A stretch of DNA of 64,000 bases. Source: a virus (Duplodnaviria > Caudoviricetes). A program made the position numbers and the translations under genes. The stretch is taken from positions 1 to 64,000 of IMG/VR virus record IMGVR_UViG_2593339225_000003, one strand, 5' to 3'. Each line of letters starts with the position of its first letter. The first letter of the stretch is position 1. The notes beneath the pieces are model-generated. The model did not search any database and was not told the origin of the DNA. It saw only the letters and a list, made by a program, of their open reading frames with translations. This document shows positions 10,201 to 20,618 of the stretch, piece by piece.

Positions 10201-13200
10201 CTCTAATTGCAACTTGCTCTGTTGTACTACCTTCGTTACCAAATTCGGCGGTTAGATACAAGTCGGAATATGGCGTAATAGTTAAATCATAATTTGGTTC
10301 AACAATAGGAATATATGTAAGCGAACCATTAACAGACTTAATAACAAACAATTTGTAAGCATTATCACTCTGCTTAATTTTTACATTTTGGTCAACAGCG
10401 GCGCTTGATGAAGCAAGATAAGTATTCGCCGTTGTTTGATTTCCAAATATACGGCTGCTATCAACCTCGAAGATAGGCTGATTGCATCTGAACGAAATAC
10501 GGTCTGTATTCTTGTAATATGCTAATCCGTATTTTGTTCCGAAATATGGAGCTTGGTCACGCTCCCATTGTCTACGGTGATATTTCTTTCTACCCTGCAT
10601 CATTTGGGTCATAAATCTGTCCACGCCAGATTGATATGTACGGGTGTATTCTCTTTCGTAATTTAATCTCCAAATTTCTTCGGGGAATTGTGATTGCCAA
10701 TTATCAAACTCATTGATTAGATGTTCGGCATCCCAAGCACTACTCTTGTTTGTTGCAACAGTTTGATACATATTTGCAATTTCCGCAGGCATTAAATCGC
10801 GGAGTCTGCACCAAAATACGCTCGTAGCCTCGTTAAATAAATAACCCGATGTAGAATCTCCGTCACTTCTGTAATCAGTATCTTCTTTACCATAACGATA
10901 CTGTTCACTCATTACACCGGAGTTATTGATACCAAGCGCAGTATCAAAGTCATAACCCCACATTTCAAAGCGATAACCCTCGTTGATGGCTGCCTTTGCA
11001 TTATCAACAGTGTAGTAACTTGCTTCTGTTTCTCCCATTTCAGCGGCTTCGGCTTCGGTAATATAAACCTTACTCCAATGCCAAAATGAGTTTTTAGCGC
11101 GGTTATCAATCATTGTGTAACGGTGTGTGAATAGATAGTAATACAAAGCAGAATCAACAACAAACCAATTACCAAGTTCGGTCGGGAAATTAGCGTCAGA
11201 TACAGTAATAACCCACTCATAGAAATCGCGCCATTTTTGTTTGTTGGCTTCGGCTTGTACACTTGTAATGTTATTCTTGGGGTCATAATCTGCTTTTGTA
11301 TAACGGAACTCAAAAGAACTATCCCAATTATTATAAAGTGAATCATATGCTGTATTACCCGCAGCCCATTGTGAGCCAGAAATGGGGTATGAACCTGTTC
11401 CTGTATTAAATCCAGAGTTAGGTTTACCATTGTCTTTAATTTCAATTACAAATTCTTTCGGGTCGTTCTTGTCATTTACCCTTGTCTTATCGGTTTTCTT
11501 TGCATCACCAATATTTCCAAGAGCATAAAAATGCCATTTCGTATCTTGAAATTCTCTATGGCTTGATAAATCAGGGTCGTTCTCTCTAATGAATATAACA
11601 CAATTAACAAATTCCATTGTATTCTTAACTCTACTATCCCTCTTTTGTGCAGGCATTTTGTAAGGCAGATAATCATTGTATCTCTTTGCTAATAATGCGT
11701 TATTAGCGTTTTCAGAAGAAGCAATATTCACCTTAACATTAAACACGTTGTTAGGGATAGATGTCGGATTTTGACCGTTATATGTTAATGCAACCTTTTC
11801 TACGGTCGTTGTATCATCACCGAGAGTAATGACGGTGTTATCGTCGTTCATATATAGCATTAAGTTTCTGCCGGCAAAACCATAGTCATTAGAAGTTGTA
11901 CCCTGTCCAGAGTGTTTGCAATTAACGGCTTTCCAATTTTCAAGAACAGAATCGCCATCCTTATACATATATCCTATCGTTGTATTCGGCACTTTTTCAT
12001 CTTTATCATTTGTGAAATATGGCGCGTCAATAGTGATTACGCGAAGTTGAGGACAAGCCTCTGCCACCGAATCAGGCGTAAGCGCACCATCATCATAAAC
12101 CTGATTTCTTACATACCTATTAACCATTGTTTCAGAATCTCTTGCATCGGCAATAAAGTTATCGAGAATTTGTGAATCAGAAAGTGAAACACTATATGCC
12201 TTCATACGATAAATATATACATCACAATCGTCAGAACCAATAGTAATCGGCACGGGGGTATCTTGGTGTAACTGTGCGCCGCCATTCCATTCTCCCGTAA
12301 GGGTATTAAATGTACCACTTGAATAAGGTGCGGGCTTGTAGGGAACGCCGTCCTCATATGTCATAATCAAAGGATTGTAGGTTAAACCGTTAATACTTGG
12401 ATTAATATTATACTCAAACTCAATAATATCTTCCTCACTATAAGGAATCCATAATGGGTCAGCAACATTAACGCTATTTGCAAGCGTTGCGGAATGAACA
12501 TCCATTTTAAGACCGATATTATCAGATACACAACTCAAAAATGTTGTTTCAGTATCACGAACATTACCAGTTTTGAAAACCAACTTAAATTCCGCACCGT
12601 CATATTTCGGGTTAGTTCCGAACAGATTGTATGAGATTGTAGCCCTTGTTCCTGCTTTAACAAGGAAGTAACTTTCGCCAGTTACACTATCAATTTGATA
12701 ACCACCGTTATCCCAATCGAAGTTCTCAGAAACGGAAAGGGCAATACTGTTATCGTTGGCATCGTGCCATAATCTATTTGAGCTGCTATTTGTAATTCCC
12801 GTTGGGTCAAAATCAAAAGCAAGACCAGTAGTAACAGGACTAATATCATAACCTAAATCATTTACATTCACAGTGATTGTTACTGAGGTTGAGCCGCAAG
12901 CAATAGTAAGAGTATGGCTTCCAACTTCACTTCCCTTAAACGCCCAAGTGTTGCTATGTGAAGAAAGCGTAAGAGTATTAACCACCGTGCCATCGACAGA
13001 CAATGTAACAACGGGAGAACTTGTACTTGGGTCGTAAACGGTATATGGGATATTCAAAGTGCTATACTCATTCATTTGAACAGTGCCGTATCTATCATAT
13101 CTATAAATACAACCAATAATCGGCAATTCGCCGTCATTTGCATAACAAATAATATCCTTGTAAATGTGATTTGAAGTAATCGGCACACCGTCAACAGTCG

Positions 13201-14506
13201 CAGTAATATAACAATCAAGGAAATGCGCCCCATAAGTTGTATATGTTGAAGCAATAGAATAAGTTGATTGTGTGCCGGAACTATTTGTCGTTACCGTTCC
13301 AATCTCAACACCATCTAAAACAAAATGAACCGTTTTTGATGTAGCTCCATATGGAGTATATGTGAAATTAATAGTTGAACCGGCAACTCTTGAATAAGTA
13401 TCATCAAACATACTTGTGATACTAATATCAATAATCTGCACCGTCCATCTACGGATAATCATATTTCCATATTCGTCAGTTATTGAAATTGTTACTGTTT
13501 GAGTACCAGTTGAGCAATACTCAGTAACATCAAAAACATTGTAAATAGGATTACTGTCCTCGTCATATAATTGATTTCCGCTACTATCCTTACATTGAAT
13601 TGCGGTACCAGTTTTAACAACATTATTTCCTACTTTGATTGAATATGTAGCAGAAACAGCCTCACCGCCAGTTTCATAATCAGAAAATGAAGCGTAGATA
13701 ATAATGCCATTTGTTTCTACGCTACCAACGGTAGTTACGATATTCGCGGGAGTAATTCTTTCAAATGTCATATTTGTGGCTTGTGAAGAACCGCCACCAC
13801 CACCGCCTTGTAATTCAAACCAAGTGACAACTGTTCCTACTTCTCCTGTTGTATCACCAACATCATCGGGATTTGTATATCTCCAAAGACGTACAACATT
13901 ATTCTTTTCAATTTGTTCGCCATTTTCTTCCACGATTGCAGTACCATAAGATAAATAGTAGTAATAGATTACTTGCTCATCAAGTAATGTATCAACCTCT
14001 GCTTTTGTGTAAGAATCGCCACCAACAGCAATATAATCATTTATATCATCGGCAAAATAACGATAATGAATAAATCCATCTTCCTCGTTACCGATATAGT
14101 AATCTATATCTGTATCGCCAATCGCGGGCAATGAACTTCCAACATATGCCTTCTTATTGTCAGAACCAACTAATACATACCTTGTACCATTGAAACGATA
14201 CTGTTGGTAAATATCATCCTCGCTATTATAAATGAAATAAATTAAATCCGTATCTCCATCCGCAACAGACGGGAGCTGATTTCCGACATAATCTCCTGCA
14301 CCCATCGGTGTAGTTGTAAAATTACCAGTTGTACCCTGAATAATATAAGCCTTATATCTTCCACTTGTTGAGTCCAAAAGTTTTACGCCTTGCCCCGCTT
14401 TGGCATTAGGAGATGACAGATAGGTATTTAACGCAGATTGTGTGTCAAACACACGATTATCCTCTTGCGAAGGAGATGCCGCATAAGCAATTTTACCTAT
14501 AATCAT
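7223..14506 (-). CDS. Giant tail fibre/receptor-binding protein (2427 aa), DGR target
   Basis: C-terminal YWLRSP...GVRPCF VR domain; internal CotH-like motifs (DNRAKN, YDFDTALG), LRR-like stretch and Listeria/Bacteroides-type repeat (PTKASSAKYDYTFSHW); at the end of the tail module. Confidence 0.85.
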   Translation of the reverse strand: MIIGKIAYAASPSQEDNRVFDTQSALNTYLSSPNAKAGQGVKLLDSTSGRYKAYIIQGTTGNFTTTPMGAGDYVGNQLPSVADGDTDLIYFIYNSEDDIYQQYRFNGTRYVLVGSDNKKAYVGSSLPAIGDTDIDYYIGNEEDGFIHYRYFADDINDYIAVGGDSYTKAEVDTLLDEQVIYYYYLSYGTAIVEENGEQIEKNNVVRLWRYTNPDDVGDTTGEVGTVVTWFELQGGGGGGSSQATNMTFERITPANIVTTVGSVETNGIIIYASFSDYETGGEAVSATYSIKVGNNVVKTGTAIQCKDSSGNQLYDEDSNPIYNVFDVTEYCSTGTQTVTISITDEYGNMIIRRWTVQIIDISITSMFDDTYSRVAGSTINFTYTPYGATSKTVHFVLDGVEIGTVTTNSSGTQSTYSIASTYTTYGAHFLDCYITATVDGVPITSNHIYKDIICYANDGELPIIGCIYRYDRYGTVQMNEYSTLNIPYTVYDPSTSSPVVTLSVDGTVVNTLTLSSHSNTWAFKGSEVGSHTLTIACGSTSVTITVNVNDLGYDISPVTTGLAFDFDPTGITNSSSNRLWHDANDNSIALSVSENFDWDNGGYQIDSVTGESYFLVKAGTRATISYNLFGTNPKYDGAEFKLVFKTGNVRDTETTFLSCVSDNIGLKMDVHSATLANSVNVADPLWIPYSEEDIIEFEYNINPSINGLTYNPLIMTYEDGVPYKPAPYSSGTFNTLTGEWNGGAQLHQDTPVPITIGSDDCDVYIYRMKAYSVSLSDSQILDNFIADARDSETMVNRYVRNQVYDDGALTPDSVAEACPQLRVITIDAPYFTNDKDEKVPNTTIGYMYKDGDSVLENWKAVNCKHSGQGTTSNDYGFAGRNLMLYMNDDNTVITLGDDTTTVEKVALTYNGQNPTSIPNNVFNVKVNIASSENANNALLAKRYNDYLPYKMPAQKRDSRVKNTMEFVNCVIFIRENDPDLSSHREFQDTKWHFYALGNIGDAKKTDKTRVNDKNDPKEFVIEIKDNGKPNSGFNTGTGSYPISGSQWAAGNTAYDSLYNNWDSSFEFRYTKADYDPKNNITSVQAEANKQKWRDFYEWVITVSDANFPTELGNWFVVDSALYYYLFTHRYTMIDNRAKNSFWHWSKVYITEAEAAEMGETEASYYTVDNAKAAINEGYRFEMWGYDFDTALGINNSGVMSEQYRYGKEDTDYRSDGDSTSGYLFNEATSVFWCRLRDLMPAEIANMYQTVATNKSSAWDAEHLINEFDNWQSQFPEEIWRLNYEREYTRTYQSGVDRFMTQMMQGRKKYHRRQWERDQAPYFGTKYGLAYYKNTDRISFRCNQPIFEVDSSRIFGNQTTANTYLASSSAAVDQNVKIKQSDNAYKLFVIKSVNGSLTYIPIVEPNYDLTITPYSDLYLTAEFGNEGSTTEQVAIRAKAGQSYTIECPAGRNMSNTMVKIYCGSHIQELSDLSPCYIEDNDFSKATKLRKLIIGNDTLGYRSYITALALSNNPILEELNIENCNTFTDASIDLTNCGNLEKFYASGSNITEVLFANYGKVNDVELPTSMSSIIMRNLNNLEDENFDMPSYSSMRSATIVNGILDTKTLMGNLAGYLNYLYLTGFDWTFSDVDFTSPQDFLIEKLYTITNVTLKGTTRIDRIPYRYVQKYHEKWGDDFVIDATLVVPEYSITFLNDDKTPILSNTDNTPYVEWVDGESATYNPITEGYVNTPTKASSAKYDYTFSHWATFVNNTVGGEYTFGRVLSSNITLIAVYTSTLRTFTVNWYTSPVNSNITSGKWNSKSNSANKTLLHTETNVQYGAEISYDALQKVVCRNVSSGNVTYMESYVFSSWSDSTGSITEDTNVYAVWDYAKIYKNSDNLILEDMMGNRKTLNNMTTAEIAAVCANGEATTFFDDKDYFDFIMGHDYTFSNVNEEVLVPLGEELHLDGLTAVIPTDGQGNQIKLFSADAPSFTMAIDYQFANDANDYAPADKKTLVSCFENPDNGNDGFALRYNSNKANILWGDKNQNVTTSLNRDMVVLRHVQGSNELHIYAFNGGTVDANNYSDDVVTATLTRTSFSNTNAPLVFGGIAEYDSENEIYSATTNSTYIGAGIIYWCKIWYDDLGDTVARKLASWTRDEDRQEYFEVQLDSAGTLFGSPYILSDSSTRANASFVSNNLMRYLHRMNVDNVNVGGWGGNTSTEAKYQASMHYFMQHKFYPAIPDEIRSLIAQVKVPSTEGNRSTNVTNYDSYVYIPCYREAIDNNETKNTPYVSEGSFIGWNTTQMRRVCFRDVITLDTSLLANGNAKHTGSSEPIFGQSKGFYDADNNPNGVSEYDVWYIDNSNACRIYLSAQTIRKKNLSPITWITQGTERVGGWISAYTYWLRSPDTGYAHAFWSVGNYGVTSPNTANLWSGVRPCFSFYVATTE
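7250..7378 (-). repeat. DGR variable repeat (VR) at the 3' end of the tail protein gene
   Basis: Encodes ISAYTYWLRSPDTGYAHAFWSVGNYGVTSPNTANLWSGVRPCF, a CLec-type VR; adenine-specific differences from TR. Confidence 0.95.
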
Positions 14507-14566
14507 TTTTAACCTTCTTTCTTTTTGAAATAAAAAACACCGCGATTCATAAGAATCACGATGTCG

Positions 14567-15716
14567 TTAATATGTTTCAACTATATTTAATTGTACGGTA
14601 ATATCCACAGTTGGCGGATTACCAATATAATGCGCTAAAAGTTCGCCGTCATTTTCTTCATTTGTCGTAATGTAAATCGCGGCACAATCATCTCTTAGCA
14701 TTTGATTATTTGTCATTTCACTAATTTCAATATCTACTTTTGTTTTTGCCGTTGTTGTATAATCATCCGAAATGTCTACAACTTGTTTTCCATCTACCCA
14801 ATCATTTGCAAGCAATACATAATCTAAGAACCGATAAAATTTCCCTTTTACATCTTCCGCGAGTTTTTCATAAGTCACAGACCCATTATTAATAACCATT
14901 CCAGCATAATATAACAACCTATTTGATAATTCAGTTCCGCTCCAATAGAAGATATATCCATTATCCGCGCTCTCGGGATTAACCATTAAGTAAATTCCGC
15001 TCGGTTTATTTGTTAAATCAGCGGCAGTTGCAAATATACCTTTAGGGCTACCATCTTCAATGCCGTTCAAAAGTGTGTTTAAGGCGGATTCTATTTCAGA
15101 ATTGAGCTGAGATTTTGCGGCTTGAATATCGGAAGTTAATTGCATATTGTTATCACGAATTTCTTTTATAAGATTTGTATTTGCGTTGGTTATTTGAGTA
15201 TTGAGATTTTCAACGTCGCCTTGAATCGCGGCGCGGATTTCTGTAATTGTCGCTTGATACGAATTGCCTAACTCATCAATTTTTGTATCAATGGTTTCCT
15301 CGGCTTTCGTTATCAGTGCTTCGAGTTTAACCCGCAGTTCGCTCAACTGAACGACTTCGACATTATCTTCATACTCATAATCGTTTGGCTTCGGTTTCGT
15401 TTCGACCGGCAAATCTATAACATAAATCGTTCTTCCCGATTTTTCCTCAGACTCATATAAAAATACATACATTTTTATTGGTTCTGCTCTTTTGTTCTCG
15501 TCGCTTAACAGAATGTTCGGCACTACAACAGATACGGTATTATCGGATAGGGTAGAGGTAACGGTTATCGCTTCTTTATCATAACGTTTTGCAAAATGAC
15601 AAACGGGTGCAATATCATAATTGAAATCTGTAATCTTCAAAAAAAACGTTCATATCCCATTGAGTAAGGTGGTCTATCTCATTTCCATATTTATCAAATA
15701 ATTTCACGCTTGCCAT
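14567..15716 (-). CDS. Baseplate/tail protein with BppU-like N-terminus, frameshifted in a T8 tract
   Basis: ATG at 15716 with GGAGGTG RBS gives MASVKLFDKYGNEIDHLTQWDMNV; removing one T from the run at 15639-15646 joins it to ORF 14567-15640. Confidence 0.65.
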
Positions 15717-15812
15717 CAAAATCACCTCCAAGTTAGCATACGCAAACCCTCTAAAATAGAGGTGTAAAATGCCGATAAAATTGTAGTTTTATTGACACTT
15801 ATATTTTTTCTC

Positions 15813-17840
15813 TTATTCACTCAAATCACTCACTTTCGTTAGAGTAACTTGAATAGTTACATTGGCGGTTGGCTTGTTATTGAGAGCGTGGGCGGTGAGG
15901 GTAAGAGTACTGCCGCTTCGCTCGGACGAAATATAGATTCCGCCGCAACCATCCGCACATAATTGATTATAGGCTATACTGTCGATTTCTGTGTCTGCAA
16001 TAACGTCGCTTGTAACCACATAAGAAGAAGGCTTTGTTACTGTTTGTTCATTATTTGTGTTCCACCCATTTGACGTAAGGGTATATGAAAATACAACAAC
16101 TTGATTAGCAAGAGATGTGGAAGTTGCAATTTCAGTCCAATTATATACAGGGTTTTCAGAAGTGCCGCCGATACTTGTTAATTGGTAACAATGCTCTACC
16201 GAAGAACTATCTGTGTACCAACGTATATCCCACAATTTGCTTGCACTACTTGTGGTTGGACGGCTTGATTTCCTATAAACATTTTGAGAGGCAACATATT
16301 TCCAATCATTCCAATCTCCCCAAGCATCAGATAAAGATTGACTTCTATATAAAACCTCCCCCGTTGATTTATGTAAATATTGAGTGCGATTGCTTGAACC
16401 AACAACACAATACAAAATGCTAAAAAATCCTTGATAATAAACAGAATATAATGTTTGTTGGTCTATGGCATCATCCACTTCGCTTGAAGTAATAGATTGG
16501 TATTTTCTAAAATTACCATTTGCAAAAGTATATACACCGCCAGAAGTTATGAATTTTGAACTTCCGTTTGTCGGGGTCGTTTCATATGCAGAACTTGCTA
16601 TTTTATCTTGTGTTACCGCGCCACTACCTATTTTACCTTCAGTAACCGCGCCATCCGCAAGTTTTCCGTTTGTTACTGCACCGTCATTTATCTTTCCCGT
16701 TGTGACTGCCGATAAGCCAAGTTTGTCAGCCGTTACCGCGCCGTCATTTATTTTTGCAGTTGTTACCGCTGATGAGCCTAATTTATCTGCCGTTACAGCA
16801 CTATCAGCAATTTTCTGAGTAGTAACCGCATTTGAATCAAGTTTTCCTGCGGTAACTGCACTATCTGCGATTTTTGCGGTCGTAACAGCCCCATCATTAA
16901 CATTAGTTGTTTTAACTTCGCCACTTCCGATTTTTGCAGAGGTTACTGCACCATCCGCAAGTTTTGCTGTTGTAACCGCGCCATCTTGAATGTTTCTTGT
17001 TGTTCCAGCAGGCGTCCAGCTTTTCCAAGTATAATTTGCCTCTCCGCTTTCTTGTGTTTTTACACGGGTTGTGATATTACCATAAGTATCTATTTTAACC
17101 TGCGCGGCGTAATTATATCCCGGAGTTTGCACGCAAAATAGAATACCAACTCTTGCTCCATTTGAATTTTTTACATAATACATTTTTGTTATGTCTGTGG
17201 CATTATCTATATATACGCCACCATCATCATATGAACTCTCATTATTTTCGTGAGCAAAAGATATTTGACGATAGTTACCTTGCAAATAGTCATAAATGAT
17301 TCCGCTCGCCACGGGTTTAGTCCCATTATGCTGAATAACAGTATCCAAAGCGACCGTTCCAGATGAGCCGCCACTAATAACCAAACCTACTTGTTGCAAC
17401 GCTTCGATAAGTGCGCTAAATTGTGAACTCTGAGCCGCTGCTGCATCTGATACGCCATCGAAAATATAAAAATCCACACCATAAAACTTAGTAACTGAGT
17501 TGGCGGTGACTAAACGGATTTCACCTTTGACCTCTCCGGCAACATCTGTCAATGATTTTGTAATCGGGCAAGAAATAATTCCGTTCTCTCTATCTACGAT
17601 TGTGCAAGTCAATAAATCCTCTGTGTGATTTGAGCGCGTAACTGCAAGTTGAACGCTTGGGTTTCCAGATGACGGGATTTCTATAACATCACGCTCATCT
17701 CTTAACTGAAATCGAGGTGCTTTAATAACATCGTTATCGGTTATTGTACCGCTATATCCATCGCCTTGAGTCAATGCTAAGCGCCGTCTATTATCTCTCC
17801 AAGCGTGTAAGACATATACATCATCATAAGAATAACTCAT
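15813..17840 (-). CDS. Baseplate upper protein/tail fibre (BppU-like N-terminus, decapeptide repeats)
   Basis: LTQGDG...VAGEVKGEIRL N-terminus; 13 copies of a 10-aa repeat; C-terminus similar to that of 14567-15716. Confidence 0.75.
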   Translation of the reverse strand: MSYSYDDVYVLHAWRDNRRRLALTQGDGYSGTITDNDVIKAPRFQLRDERDVIEIPSSGNPSVQLAVTRSNHTEDLLTCTIVDRENGIISCPITKSLTDVAGEVKGEIRLVTANSVTKFYGVDFYIFDGVSDAAAAQSSQFSALIEALQQVGLVISGGSSGTVALDTVIQHNGTKPVASGIIYDYLQGNYRQISFAHENNESSYDDGGVYIDNATDITKMYYVKNSNGARVGILFCVQTPGYNYAAQVKIDTYGNITTRVKTQESGEANYTWKSWTPAGTTRNIQDGAVTTAKLADGAVTSAKIGSGEVKTTNVNDGAVTTAKIADSAVTAGKLDSNAVTTQKIADSAVTADKLGSSAVTTAKINDGAVTADKLGLSAVTTGKINDGAVTNGKLADGAVTEGKIGSGAVTQDKIASSAYETTPTNGSSKFITSGGVYTFANGNFRKYQSITSSEVDDAIDQQTLYSVYYQGFFSILYCVVGSSNRTQYLHKSTGEVLYRSQSLSDAWGDWNDWKYVASQNVYRKSSRPTTSSASKLWDIRWYTDSSSVEHCYQLTSIGGTSENPVYNWTEIATSTSLANQVVVFSYTLTSNGWNTNNEQTVTKPSSYVVTSDVIADTEIDSIAYNQLCADGCGGIYISSERSGSTLTLTAHALNNKPTANVTIQVTLTKVSDLSE
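16601..16991 (-). repeat. 13 tandem 30-bp coding repeats (I/L-x-D-G-A-V-T-x-x-K)
   Basis: IQDGAVTTAK LADGAVTSAK ... IGSGAVTQDK in the translation; boundaries approximate. Confidence 0.9.
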
Positions 17841-17873
17841 AAAAGCCCTCCTTTCTTTTTATTAATTTCATAA

Positions 17874-20618
17874 TTAATCCTCATATGTATAAGAATTTGA
17901 ACTGCTACTTGATTGATTAATAGCATCAAATAGTTTTGCGAATCTCTTTTTGAGCGGCTTATTAGAATAATTTGTGTCGAATGTCATTGAGAAGTTACTA
18001 TCGTCCGCGTGGTCGATGTGATAACCCATCAAAATCGGGAATTGCCAATCACCGTTATTCAGTTGCAGAGTAACCATTCTTCCCAAAGTCAAATCATCTA
18101 AGTTCTTCTCAAAACCATCCAAATCCATAATATTGGTTGAAGAAACATCAAACTCATAACATTGTTGAGAAATATAATTATCGTGGTCAACTTTAGCTTC
18201 CGCATATACACTTTTTAATGTACTAATTATATCTCCTGCGGAAAAGTTCTCAGAAAAAACAGCGTTTTCATTAGTCCAGTCGCCCTCAACTATGAATTTT
18301 TGCAATTCTAATACTTCTTTTGGAGATAAGATAGCATAACCCTCATTGGCAACAGCAGTCTTATAATCCATAGTTAATAAATACCTACTGTTTCTCATAG
18401 TTTTATAATTTGAATCTTTTATGTCTATATTACTATCTCTTTTTGCTAATGCTTCGTAATAGTTTTTTGAAGCACTATATAAGTCTGCAACGTGAGGTTT
18501 TCTCCAATTTTCAGTTACGTCTAAATTTATGACAGAATAATAAATTGGATAATCAACATATCTATTTGTTATACCTTGTGATTCCGCACCTATATTGATT
18601 TTATCTGCAACACTTCTATATTGAGCAAGAGATTCTGAAATTGAGGATTCATTTTGTATTATTTCAAGAAGTTTACCAACATACGATTGTGCTGCTGATT
18701 GATAATCAGACTTGACACTATCATATGCAGATTGCCACGCTTGAATAGCCTCCCATAAAGTGCGGTTTTTATCAGAATCAGCAATGTATTGCATTTGAGA
18801 CTTATAAGCAGAAAAATTATAAAGAATATTATTACCAGTTGGATTAATCAAACCCATACCATATTGGTCATCGGCTGTATGCACCCTAAGTGCGGTAACG
18901 GCTCTATCTTCCGTTGCTTTAATATTTGTTTTCTTAATTGCATTACTCCAAGTTAATATAATATTAGAAGAAGAACCAACCATACCATCTTTTTGTGGCG
19001 CACCATTTTTATCTATAGAAGTAGGATTTCCACTGATTATATTTATTGTCATATTCTCACTATCAAAGATAAAGAAACATTGATAGGCTTTTTCGACTTC
19101 ATTCATTAAGAAAGAGTAAACAACCTCATTATTTACCTCGTCCAAACTACGATATTTACAGCATAACGTCGCTGCGGGAACATTTGATTTTATCTCTGAA
19201 TCAACATATCCAATTTTCCATTCTGGCATATAATCTAATATTTGATTTAACACGCCACGATTACATCTTTGTGGGGCTGTTGATTCATACTTTATTCCGT
19301 TATTTTCCCAAACATCTCTACGCCAACTTGAAGAAGTTATCAAATTGTAGATTTTATTTGGGAAAAACAATGGCATAGTTCCCTCAGAAAGTGAAAATGT
19401 TTTTTGTGTAAGAATATGTTCATAAGATTTTGCAGTTACAGTTTTTGTTTTATTGATACCATCATTATTTTCTTCTGTATTAGTTATAACCCACCAAACT
19501 TGTTTAATAGCATAAGATGTTTTTTCTCCAACATTAAACTTGGTTACATTTCTTAATCCGCTATATATTTGCACATAATTTTCTGGCATTAAATGCCACG
19601 TCCATTGTTTCGATGTTTTTGTGGCTTTTATATCCACGCAATCAAATCGCATATATCCCGTAGAAAGATTAGTAGAAACATCCACGTTATAACCAACATA
19701 ATACTTTTTTCCCTCAACAATATCTTCTGGGTCATTTGCAGTAAATACGTTTCCGTTCGATGTTCCTTTTATACCACTGCTATGTATATTTTCTGCAACA
19801 CCAATATTATAAGGTATTCCATCAATATCGGTTACAGTTATTGAACCATTATTCGTAGCAATTATCTCAACAGCCCTTCTATGTTTTTTTGTTTGCAAAT
19901 CGTTTACTCCAATACGACTTATGGGGTTTGGCTGCACATATGAATTATCTTCACTATGGAGAAGATTTCTTCTCATAGTTGTACTATCATTATCATCATA
20001 AAAAAAACCACGATAAATAAAAGTTGGACTTCCAGTTGCTCCCGACCTTATGGCTATAATATCTCCATTCTCAACAGGAATAAAGCTATTACAGCACAAA
20101 TGTTTATATCCATAATACCCTTCATATTGCGAACTATCTGTCAGAGCTTTTTGCTCGGCATACTGATTGTGAGAATCAAAGTAATGTTGCCACTCCCAAG
20201 AATAACCCTTTGACAACCCTAAATCAAACAATAACGTTTCTTCTTGAACTTCAAAATTGTTTAAACCACCATTAACGTTATATCTCATATTTGTCAAAGG
20301 TCTTGGCGTGGTATCACTTTTACTTTTTAGAGAATATTCGCTATCATTTAGAATAGGGCTGCCATTAAACTTATATTGTTCAGTAGGGTCTGTTAAATAC
20401 AATAACATATCTGGTTTTATGTCATCATAGCGTGGATTATCTATCCATTGATATGTTTCGCTATTATATATTTTTTTGGGGATTTCAAATTTGATTTCAG
20501 AGGTAGAATTGAAATGATAATCACACTCAAATCCATTTATATTTCTTAATACACCAATAGGGTCTTTTTTATTCATCTCATACAAAATAACATTGGGGAT
20601 TTTATTTAATCGTTTCAT
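17874..20618 (-). CDS. Baseplate hub/Tal-like tail protein
   Basis: Follows Dit; HFNSTSEIKFEI, KTVTAKSYE and INPTGNNILYNFSAY motifs of clostridial phage tail proteins. Confidence 0.65.
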   Translation of the reverse strand: MKRLNKIPNVILYEMNKKDPIGVLRNINGFECDYHFNSTSEIKFEIPKKIYNSETYQWIDNPRYDDIKPDMLLYLTDPTEQYKFNGSPILNDSEYSLKSKSDTTPRPLTNMRYNVNGGLNNFEVQEETLLFDLGLSKGYSWEWQHYFDSHNQYAEQKALTDSSQYEGYYGYKHLCCNSFIPVENGDIIAIRSGATGSPTFIYRGFFYDDNDSTTMRRNLLHSEDNSYVQPNPISRIGVNDLQTKKHRRAVEIIATNNGSITVTDIDGIPYNIGVAENIHSSGIKGTSNGNVFTANDPEDIVEGKKYYVGYNVDVSTNLSTGYMRFDCVDIKATKTSKQWTWHLMPENYVQIYSGLRNVTKFNVGEKTSYAIKQVWWVITNTEENNDGINKTKTVTAKSYEHILTQKTFSLSEGTMPLFFPNKIYNLITSSSWRRDVWENNGIKYESTAPQRCNRGVLNQILDYMPEWKIGYVDSEIKSNVPAATLCCKYRSLDEVNNEVVYSFLMNEVEKAYQCFFIFDSENMTINIISGNPTSIDKNGAPQKDGMVGSSSNIILTWSNAIKKTNIKATEDRAVTALRVHTADDQYGMGLINPTGNNILYNFSAYKSQMQYIADSDKNRTLWEAIQAWQSAYDSVKSDYQSAAQSYVGKLLEIIQNESSISESLAQYRSVADKINIGAESQGITNRYVDYPIYYSVINLDVTENWRKPHVADLYSASKNYYEALAKRDSNIDIKDSNYKTMRNSRYLLTMDYKTAVANEGYAILSPKEVLELQKFIVEGDWTNENAVFSENFSAGDIISTLKSVYAEAKVDHDNYISQQCYEFDVSSTNIMDLDGFEKNLDDLTLGRMVTLQLNNGDWQFPILMGYHIDHADDSNFSMTFDTNYSNKPLKKRFAKLFDAINQSSSSSNSYTYED

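Noticed and set aside
14567-20618. Additional DGR variable repeats in other tail genes
   Set aside because: No second TR-like sequence or YWLRSP/GVRP motif was seen in the window.
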